DNA from: a bacterium
GTDB lineage: Bacteria; UBA10199; DSSB01
Direction of reading: 5' to 3'
NCBI GenBank assembly: GCA_031972375.1
Contig: DALYEU010000017.1
Coordinates: 9,476 to 37,255 of the forward strand
DNA length: 27,780 nucleotides
Made by a program: the position numbers and the translations under genes. This document shows, in pieces, positions 18,634 through 25,348 of the stretch. The stretch's first letter is position 1. Every line of letters begins with the position of its first letter. Below the pieces are notes generated by a model. That model was not told where the DNA came from. It searched no databases and was given only the letters and a program-made list of their open reading frames with translations.

Positions 18634-19446
18634 TTAGGGGGCGGAGTGTAGCAGGGGTACTGCGGCTTGGGGGCTCAAATTTTGGAAAGTGAGACTTTCT
18701 TCCAGGTACAGCGTTACCTCTGTTTCGTTGTGATGAAGGTAGCCCACTGAAAAATCTTGACCTACGGTCAACTGAAAATCCCCACCGCGTAAACTCAAAA
18801 CGATGGCGCCTTTGAGGGCTGGGGCCCACACGATAGGGCCTTCGAGTTCTCGTTTGACGTGTTGTAGGATGGGGTAGCCCCCTTTGGAAGTGGTCTGAGA
18901 GAGTCCTTGGTAGCATTGAGGGCCCAAGGCGATGGCATAGGGCCCTTCGATACCATGGCTTCGCAAGAGGTTAGTGGCTTCGGCGACCAGGCGGGGATAT
19001 TTTTCATAGTCGTCGGAAATCTTAAGAGACTGCTTTTTGGCTGCTGTGAAAATTCCCTCAATGCCTGCCTCGGAGTTTCCCTGAAAGATAAGTTGGTCTT
19101 CTGTGAGCGCGGCGCGTTGAGCTGCCTGAACGACGGCATCAAGGTTGGGATTGGCGCAAGCTCGGTCGATGGCTTCAAGCTCGACGAGTTTTAGGGTGAA
19201 AGGAACGCGAATTTCTACGAGTGGTTGCACTTGGCGGATTCCAAGCTCCACTCCGGAGCTTGAGTTTTTTCCTAATTTTTCCACTCGCCCCAAGGGAATG
19301 GAACCGAAGGCCCAACCATGGGGTCCTGAAAAATCGACGAGGCGACGCCCAGCCAGGCCTAATTTAAGGGTCCGGGTGGCTTCTTGAGAGAGGGCGTTCC
19401 AGGCTTCGGTCGATAGGGGAGCGAGGTGGCGTTTTAAATGGCTCAT
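18634..19446 (-). CDS. Family-1 encapsulin nanocompartment shell protein (Linocin M18 / HK97-fold)
   Basis: 270 aa, alignable end to end with T. maritima and M. tuberculosis (Cfp29) encapsulins. MSHLKRHLAPLSTEAWNALSQEATRTLKLGLAGRRLVDFSGPHGWAFGSIPLGRV matches MNNLYRDLAPVTEAAWAEIELEAARTFKRHIAGRRVVDVSDPGG. LRGGDFQLTVGQDFSVGYLHHNETEVTLYLEESLTFQ matches TRGGDFDLQLGTDVAIGYASHDTDTVRLYLQETLTF. Its ATG overlaps the stop of the upstream cargo gene. Confidence 0.85.
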   Translation of the reverse strand: MSHLKRHLAPLSTEAWNALSQEATRTLKLGLAGRRLVDFSGPHGWAFGSIPLGRVEKLGKNSSSGVELGIRQVQPLVEIRVPFTLKLVELEAIDRACANPNLDAVVQAAQRAALTEDQLIFQGNSEAGIEGIFTAAKKQSLKISDDYEKYPRLVAEATNLLRSHGIEGPYAIALGPQCYQGLSQTTSKGGYPILQHVKRELEGPIVWAPALKGAIVLSLRGGDFQLTVGQDFSVGYLHHNETEVTLYLEESLTFQNLSPQAAVPLLHSAP

Positions 19447-19829
19447 GATTTAAGGTCTCCTTTGAGGCTACCGATCTTGAGGGATTCATCGTGGCTCTGT
19501 GTTTTGTCGGGGGCATCGTTTACTGAGGAGTTTCCTTCTAAGGAAAGCAGGTCTCCTTCAGTAAAGAGATAGGTGCGTAGTTGCTCATCCAGTTGGGGGT
19601 CGCGACGCCGCAACCATTCTAAGGTGATGGCGGCGTGCTCTTTTTCTTCGTCGCGGTTATGTTGCAGGATGGCCCGCAATTCTGCATCTTCGGTGGCATC
19701 GGCTCGCTGATCGTACCAGTCGGCGGCCTCGAGTTCTTCGATGATGGAAATATAAGCTCGATGGCGCTCGATGGTTTCAGGCTTGAGCTTTTCTTTTTCT
19801 TCGTGAAGTCCCATGCTGGCACCGCTCAT
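19443..19829 (-). CDS. Encapsulated ferritin-like protein (EncFtn) cargo with a C-terminal encapsulin targeting peptide
   Basis: HRAYISIIEELEAADWYDQRADATEDAELRAILQHNRDEEKEHAAITLEWLRRRD matches the EncFtn core (EExxH iron site; from memory very close to R. rubrum EncFtn). The C-terminal ...DESLKIGSLKGDLKS fits the family-1 cargo-loading peptide (..SLxIGSLKG..). True start is ATG 19829 with SD GAGGAG 6 nt upstream; the track's 19856 start is a GTG inside a palindrome. Confidence 0.8.
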   Translation of the reverse strand: MSGASMGLHEEKEKLKPETIERHRAYISIIEELEAADWYDQRADATEDAELRAILQHNRDEEKEHAAITLEWLRRRDPQLDEQLRTYLFTEGDLLSLEGNSSVNDAPDKTQSHDESLKIGSLKGDLKS

Positions 19830-19846
19830 GTTTTGCTCCTCATTGG

Positions 19847-19856
19847 GTGATATCAC
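19847..19856. promoter_or_regulatory. Perfect 10-bp palindrome GTGATATCAC just upstream of the EncFtn SD, next to an AT-rich stretch (GATGGATATTATTG). Candidate operator
   Basis: Read directly from the sequence, at -18 to -27 relative to the EncFtn ATG. Confidence 0.3.
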
Positions 19857-20055
19857 TTGATGGATATTATTGTGTGGTTTGGGAATTAGAGCAGGGAAGC
19901 GAATTATTCTTCAAGAAAAAATCCAAGTTTGATTTTATGAGGCCATGGGAGAAGTGAATGCTTTGGAGATGGCAATAGGGAGAGAGTTCAATGGATTGCT
20001 TCCCACAAATCCCTGTTGTTAATTTCATGGGTTAGGAAAAAATAAGGCCTTGTTC

Positions 20056-20919
20056 ATGCAAAAAAAGATTCTTACTCTCAACGGTTTGAAGCACCGTTAC
20101 TTTTTTTGGGGTTCCGCCAAGAATCCTCCTTTATTTTTAGTTCACGGTTGGTTGGATACGGGAGCGGCCTTTCATTTTCTCTGCAGATATTTAGAGAAAA
20201 AATATTTTTGTGTAGCTCCCGATTTGCGCGGTTATGGCAAAAGTCAGCATAATGCCAGCCCATTGGGTTATTTTTTTTATGAATATGTAGCCGACGTGGC
20301 GGCCGGTTTAGATCGCTTATTCCCTGGTCAGGCGGTTCATTTATTGGGGCACAGCTTGGGCGGGGCCATTCTTTCGGCGTACGCCGGTAGTTTTCCTGAG
20401 CGAGTGAAAAGTTTTGTCAATTTGGAGGGCTTTTTATTCAGGTCTCGCTCTAAGTTGGATCCAGCGCAGCGCTTGCGCCTGTGGTGGGAGGACTTAGATA
20501 AAAATCGATTTCGGGTATTTCGGGATCGGGATGCCTTTGCCCAACGTTTGCTCCAAAATTTTCCAAAATTAAGCTTGTCACAGGCGAAATTTTTAACACG
20601 GTATTTGACAGAGCCTGTGAAAGGGGGGGTACGCATGGCCGCTGATCCTCGGCATAAAACGCCGGAGCCTTATCCTTTTCATAAGAATAGTTTCGTTCCT
20701 TTTTGGCGAAGGATTCTCGCCCCCAGTCTTTTTGTGGTGGGAGAAAAAACCGAGTTTTCGGGTAATCGCCCCCGAAGTTTTTTTAGGCGTTTAGAATCAC
20801 GGTGTAAGGATTTTCCACCCCAGACGCGTTTTTACGTTTTGCCTGATGCGAGACATGGCATGCACTTGGAGAATGTGGAGGTTTTGGCTCCACTGTTGGG
20901 AGAGTTTTTTCCGAAATAG
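20056..20919 (+). CDS. Alpha/beta-hydrolase fold protein (esterase/lipase-like)
   Basis: HGW oxyanion region (LFLVHGWLDTG), nucleophile elbow GHSLGG, and a C-terminal DARHGMHLE providing the His of the triad. Start re-set to ATG 20056; the track's 20050 is a TTG. Confidence 0.75.
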   Translation: MQKKILTLNGLKHRYFFWGSAKNPPLFLVHGWLDTGAAFHFLCRYLEKKYFCVAPDLRGYGKSQHNASPLGYFFYEYVADVAAGLDRLFPGQAVHLLGHSLGGAILSAYAGSFPERVKSFVNLEGFLFRSRSKLDPAQRLRLWWEDLDKNRFRVFRDRDAFAQRLLQNFPKLSLSQAKFLTRYLTEPVKGGVRMAADPRHKTPEPYPFHKNSFVPFWRRILAPSLFVVGEKTEFSGNRPRSFFRRLESRCKDFPPQTRFYVLPDARHGMHLENVEVLAPLLGEFFPK

Positions 20920-21208
20920 GTCTGGTGAGTTTAAAAAATGCGATGGATTGAAGTTTAAGCAGATTGAAAATTTCTGGGTCGGTTTTAGAATCGTGGTTCG
21001 TGCTTGTTATTTTATTGAAATGGGATTTTGTTGGGGTGAGTTGTTAAACAGAAAATAAAATAGATTCGTTGCGATAGACACTTTAAGATTTTTTCGGGCT
21101 GTGGATGCTTTTGAAAGCGCCGAATCAAAACAATGGATATTGATCTTGGTAGTGCCACTTCGTGCCAAGTGCAGTCTATGAAACCAGACTCATAGATCAG
21201 GACTATTT

Positions 21209-22711
21209 TTGGATACGCTATTCCACTTTTTTCACCACTTTCATTATTACCTGTTCCTATGGGACCGTTTCGTTATTCCGCCCATTTTGCTTTTAGGGAT
21301 GGTGGCTGGCATCTGTGCGGCTTTTCACGCCCTTTTGCAAAAGCGCGATCCACGCTCCGCGTTGGGATGGACTGCGGTATGTCTTTTTTTTCCGGGGGTG
21401 GGGGCACTGCTTTATCTACTTTTTGGTATCAATCGCATTCGTGCTCGCGCTCAGGATTGGCATGCTCAAGGTCGTTGGGAAATTTCTTCCCGTCTCAAGC
21501 CTACGGCCGGTCATTGGGATTGGAAACGGCATTCTTCGACAGACCATTTGGCAGCTTTTTTTTCTCTGGTCAGAGTCTCGGAAGCGGTGAGTGGCCTTCC
21601 CTTGGTGGAGGGGTGTCGAATTGCTCCGTTGTTCAATGGAGAAGAGGCTTATCCCCCCATGCTTAGGGCTATTGCCAATGCCAAACGCAGGGTTTTTTTG
21701 AGCACTTACATTTTTGAGAGCAATGAATTGGGAAAAAAATTTGTGGAGGCTTTGGGGGAGGCTCGGGATCGTGGTGTCGATGTCCGAGTGTTAGTGGATG
21801 GAGCGGGCACCCATTATTCCCGTCCTCGTATTCAAAAATGGCTCAAACGACGTGGTATTCCCCATAGGCTTTTTTTACCCCTTACCCTCTCCCCCCGCAG
21901 TGTTCATCTCAATTTACGCACCCATCGCAAACTGCTCATCATCGACGGTGAATTGGGTTTTACAGGAGGCATGAATATTGGCGGTCGCCATTGTGTGGAA
22001 GATCCAAAAAATAATAACCCTACTCAGGATATTCATTTTCAGGTTGAGGGGCCTGTCCTAGCTCAGTTGCAAGAGGCTTTTTTGATGGACTGGTCTTTTG
22101 CTCAGGGTCACGAACCTGAGTCTGTGGAGATGGATTTGTCTTGTAGCGAGGTCCCTAAGGGCAAGGCCATGGCCCGTGGTATTATCGCTGGGCCCAATGA
22201 GGATTTCGAAAAACTTCGTTGGATCGTCAACGCCTCCATCACTTGTGCGCAGCGAAAAATTCGCATCATGACGCCCTATTTTATTCCCGATGGAGAAATG
22301 ACAGCGGCCTTGGCCACGGCAGCCTTGAGGGGGGTGGAGGTTGAAATCATTTTGCCGGAGAAAAATAATCTCCCCTACGTGAAGTGGGCGTCCCAGGCCT
22401 TATTCGAAGAGCTTTTGCATTTTGGAATCAAAATTTATTACCAGCCGCCTCCCTTCGCCCATTCCAAATTTATGGTCATTGACGATTTTTTTTCTTTGAT
22501 CGGTTCGGCCAATTTAGATCCGAGAAGTTTGATTTTGAATTTTGAGTTCAACCTAGAGGTTTATGACTGGGATTTGGCTCAGCGTTTGATGGAGCACTTT
22601 GACCGGGTGAGGCTCGATTCCAAAATCATCACGGCAACCTATTTGCAGTCTAGGCCCTTTTACAAAAAAGTCAGGGATTCCCTGTGTAAGCTCTTTTCTC
22701 CCTACCTTTAG
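21209..22711 (+). CDS. cls: Cardiolipin synthase / phospholipase-D superfamily protein (two HKD motifs, N-terminal TM helices)
   Basis: HKD-1 HRKLLIIDGELGFTGGMNIG and HKD-2 HSKFMVIDDFFSLIGSANLD. The N-terminal TM pair, with ALGWTAVCLFFPGVGALLYLLFG, is as in ClsA. Start is uncertain: 21209 is a TTG, the first in-frame ATG is at aa 31, and AGGA lies 6 nt before the TTG. Confidence 0.75.
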   Translation: MDTLFHFFHHFHYYLFLWDRFVIPPILLLGMVAGICAAFHALLQKRDPRSALGWTAVCLFFPGVGALLYLLFGINRIRARAQDWHAQGRWEISSRLKPTAGHWDWKRHSSTDHLAAFFSLVRVSEAVSGLPLVEGCRIAPLFNGEEAYPPMLRAIANAKRRVFLSTYIFESNELGKKFVEALGEARDRGVDVRVLVDGAGTHYSRPRIQKWLKRRGIPHRLFLPLTLSPRSVHLNLRTHRKLLIIDGELGFTGGMNIGGRHCVEDPKNNNPTQDIHFQVEGPVLAQLQEAFLMDWSFAQGHEPESVEMDLSCSEVPKGKAMARGIIAGPNEDFEKLRWIVNASITCAQRKIRIMTPYFIPDGEMTAALATAALRGVEVEIILPEKNNLPYVKWASQALFEELLHFGIKIYYQPPPFAHSKFMVIDDFFSLIGSANLDPRSLILNFEFNLEVYDWDLAQRLMEHFDRVRLDSKIITATYLQSRPFYKKVRDSLCKLFSPYL

Positions 22712-22842
22712 AAGAGAGTAGGCCTTATCCGTGTTTGCGAAAAAGCTTGAGGCTAGGGGTTGCCTTTCTGAGAAGGCCAGGGTAGGCCAGCTCCGCCGGA
22801 TTTTGACCGGGTGTTCATTCCAAAACTTAAGGTGAGGCTTTT

Positions 22843-24603
22843 ATGCAATATCTTTGCGACTTTGAAGACGTGCGTTTTACTCTCTTCGACTTTTTACAGG
22901 TGGGCCGTTTGTCGGCTTTTCCCCGGTTTGAAGGTCAAAGCGAAGAACTCTACCAGTCGGTACTTGAAGAAGCGCTTAAATTCGCTAAGAACGAAATTGC
23001 CCCGCTAAACGAAGCGGGGGATCGCGTAGGAGCCCAAGTAAAAAACGGTCGTGTCGTGATGCCGGACGGTTTTAAAGAGGTCCTGGCTCAGTTTGCTGCC
23101 AATGGCTTTATGGGTATGGATATCAACCCTGAGTACGGTGGCATGGGTTTGCCCTCCACCTTGAGTATCGCAGCGAGCGAATTTGTGATGGGGGCTTGTC
23201 CTTCCTTTGCCTTTTTTAATCTGCTGACCCGGGGCGATTGCGATATGTTGCAGCAGTTTTCCAGCCCTGAACAAAGAAATCTTTATATTCCGTCTATGGT
23301 TTCGGGTCGATGGACCGGCACGATGTGTCTCACCGAACCCCAGGCTGGTTCAGCGGTGGGAGACTTGACGAGTACGGCGACGCTCAATCCCGATGGTAGC
23401 TACAACATTAAGGGAACCAAGATTTTTATTACCTGTGGCGATCACTTGTTAACGGAAAATATTATTCATTTGGTATTGGCCCGAGTGGAGGGAGATCCCG
23501 CTGGTACCAAGGGTATTTCTCTATTCATCGTTCCGGCCCGTAAGGTAAATGCCGATGGTAGTTTGGGTGAAGACAACGACGTTAAGTTAGTTTCCATCGA
23601 ACACAAAATGGGCATTAAGGCCTCGCCCACTTGTTTGTTGCAGTTTGGTGATGAAAACCGTTGCGTGGGTTATCTTGTGGGAAAAACCTGCGAGGGCATG
23701 AAGTATATGTTTCATTTGATGAACGAGGCCCGTATCGCGACAGGGCAACAGGGAGTCGCCATTGGAGCGGCGGCCTACGAGTATGCCTTAAATTATTCCA
23801 AGGAGCGGGTGCAGGGGAATAAGCAACTCATTATCTCCCATCCTGATGTCCGTCGTCTATTGATGACCCAAAAGGCCTATGTGGAGGGGCTTCGCGCTTT
23901 GATGACCGAAACCGCGGTTTTTGTGGATCATGCTTGGCACCATCCCGATGCTGCTGTTCGTGAAGAATACGAGATCTACGTGGGACTGTTGACTCCCGTA
24001 TGCAAGGCCTTTGGTTCCGATATGGGATTTCGTGTCACTGAATTAGCCATCCAAACTTATGGTGGATATGGATACGTTCAAGACTATCCCGTTGAACAAT
24101 ATATGCGCGACCTTAAGATAGCGTCTCTGTACGAAGGCACCAATGGTATTCAGGCGATGGATTTGATTGGTCGAAAGTTTCTTAAGGATCAAGGTCGGGG
24201 CTTAAAGCGCTATTTAGAAAAAGTGGCGGGACAGTTGCAAGAGGTGGCCTCTTCGGAAGCGTTGAAAGACCTCGTCAATAAAACCCTCGCCGTGTTGGGT
24301 GAATTCGGTCAAGGGGCCCAAGAGATCGGAAAACGAGCGGCTTCCCAACCCGATTACGTCGGTCTGTGTGCTACCCCTTTCTTACGTGCCTTGGGTGATT
24401 TGGCCTGTGCGCAACTCCTGGTGCGTCGTGCTGCAGTGGCCTTGGAACAACTCAAGACCCATCCTTCGGAGGAGCGAACGAAGTTTCTCCAGGGTAAGGT
24501 AGAAGTGGCCAAGTTCTACGTGGAGCAATTATTGCCCGAAGTTCGTTTGAATCTGGCCCGCATTCATTCAGGGGATACCTCCGCATTGCAAGACGTGCTT
24601 TGA
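22843..24603 (+). CDS. Long-form acyl-CoA dehydrogenase (about 590 aa, with N- and C-terminal extensions)
   Basis: ACAD core blocks: CLTEPQAGSAVGDL (substrate/FAD), YGGYGYVQDYPVEQYMRDLKIASLYEGTNGIQ (C-terminal catalytic region carrying the conserved base). SD AAGGTGAGG before ATG 22843. Confidence 0.85.
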   Translation: MQYLCDFEDVRFTLFDFLQVGRLSAFPRFEGQSEELYQSVLEEALKFAKNEIAPLNEAGDRVGAQVKNGRVVMPDGFKEVLAQFAANGFMGMDINPEYGGMGLPSTLSIAASEFVMGACPSFAFFNLLTRGDCDMLQQFSSPEQRNLYIPSMVSGRWTGTMCLTEPQAGSAVGDLTSTATLNPDGSYNIKGTKIFITCGDHLLTENIIHLVLARVEGDPAGTKGISLFIVPARKVNADGSLGEDNDVKLVSIEHKMGIKASPTCLLQFGDENRCVGYLVGKTCEGMKYMFHLMNEARIATGQQGVAIGAAAYEYALNYSKERVQGNKQLIISHPDVRRLLMTQKAYVEGLRALMTETAVFVDHAWHHPDAAVREEYEIYVGLLTPVCKAFGSDMGFRVTELAIQTYGGYGYVQDYPVEQYMRDLKIASLYEGTNGIQAMDLIGRKFLKDQGRGLKRYLEKVAGQLQEVASSEALKDLVNKTLAVLGEFGQGAQEIGKRAASQPDYVGLCATPFLRALGDLACAQLLVRRAAVALEQLKTHPSEERTKFLQGKVEVAKFYVEQLLPEVRLNLARIHSGDTSALQDVL

Positions 24604-24680
24604 TGTTCTCAGATTCCATCCTGAAGCGCGGATAGTCGTGGTTTAAATGCGTGCGCTGGAGCGGTCTTAAGAAGCGTTTG

Positions 24681-24717
24681 TGCAAATCGTGGCCTGAAAC
24701 CAGAGCCACGATTTGCA
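24681..24717. repeat. Perfect 13-bp inverted repeat TGCAAATCGTGGC-N11-GCCACGATTTGCA in the convergent gap between the acyl-CoA dehydrogenase and HU genes
   Basis: Read directly from the sequence. No U-tract on either side. Confidence 0.6.
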
Positions 24718-24764
24718 CTTTGCTTGGCAAGAACGTTGGAAGTTTTTCGGTGAGCCTTCGATTT

Positions 24765-24795
24765 TAAAAAAGTGGTCTTAACGAAGGCGTGGCCA
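24765..24795 (-). terminator. Probable intrinsic terminator of the HU gene: GTGGCC(AC)..GACCAC hairpin followed by TTTTTT on the minus strand
   Basis: Plus-strand AAAAAAGTGGTCTTAACGAAGGCGTGGCCAC. Read on the minus strand this is a 5/6-bp stem followed by T6, about 35 nt after the HU stop. Confidence 0.45.
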
Positions 24796-24830
24796 CATCT
24801 CCACAAGACGGGTCTGTTTTTAAGAGTGGT

Positions 24831-25109
24831 TTAATAGTTGGAGAGCGCCTTGCGCAGTTGTTTTCCCGCTTTGAATTTTGGTACCGTGCAAGATCGGATG
24901 TTAATCAGGGCCCCGGTTTGGGGATTTCGTCCCTGTCGAGCTTGACGCTGCACCACTAAAAAGGTTCCAAAACCCGTCAGGCTGATTTTGTCTTTTTTTC
25001 TTAGACATTTTTCAACATTAGACGTCATGGAGTTGAGGGCTCGTTCCGCGGCGGATTTGGAGATTTTTGCCTCTCGAGCCATGCGTTCAATCAGTTCGGC
25101 CTTGGTCAT
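24831..25109 (-). CDS. hup: HU/IHF-family nucleoid-associated DNA-binding protein
   Basis: MTKAELIERMA...GFGTFLVVQRQARQGRNPQTGALINI is the classic HU fold signature (GFGxF...R.ARxGRNPxTGE.I.I). Start re-set to ATG 25109 with SD GGGAGG; the track's 25202 extension is unsupported. Confidence 0.85.
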   Translation of the reverse strand: MTKAELIERMAREAKISKSAAERALNSMTSNVEKCLRKKDKISLTGFGTFLVVQRQARQGRNPQTGALINIRSCTVPKFKAGKQLRKALSNY

Positions 25110-25246
25110 GGGATACCTCCCTTGAAGAAAAGTGATTTTTCCCGATGAATAATTCGGGCCAACATCAAATTTTAAGAAACTCTTTTGGGAAGTCAACGGC
25201 AAAGTCCATCAGACATTTAGGGGGGGAAAGTTCGTCTCCACTGCAA

Positions 25247-25275
25247 TTGACAAGGCTTCGGGGAAGGGCTAACCT
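25247..25275 (+). promoter_or_regulatory. Possible sigma70-type promoter for gyrA: TTGACA, 17 bp, TAACCT
   Basis: Read directly from the sequence. The -10 is a poor match. It would give a ~65-nt leader before the gyrA ATG. Confidence 0.2.
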
Positions 25276-25348
25276 CCGCCAGCCTCGACTTTCCGTTCTT
25301 GGTGAACTGAGTTTCAAATCATCCATCTGATTCAAGGAGAATCCCCCC

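Noticed and set aside
18467-19387. ORFs of 149 aa (minus), 127 aa (minus), 95 aa and 80 aa (plus) overlapping the encapsulin gene
   Set aside because: These are alternative frames or the antisense strand of the encapsulin CDS. They are Pro/Arg/Ser-rich low-complexity translations, and the encapsulin frame is the one with full-length homology.
20846-21058. 70-aa Cys/Trp-rich ORF spanning the hydrolase 3' end and the 290-bp intergenic region
   Set aside because: It overlaps the hydrolase C-terminus, has no SD and no recognisable motif. The long intergenic region is more likely promoter/UTR for cls. A small RNA cannot be excluded but nothing structured was evident.
21259-21666. 135-aa Gly/Ser-rich ORF overlapping the start of cls in another frame
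   Set aside because: It is a frame-shifted reading of the cls N-terminal region. The cls frame carries the HKD motifs and the TM helices.
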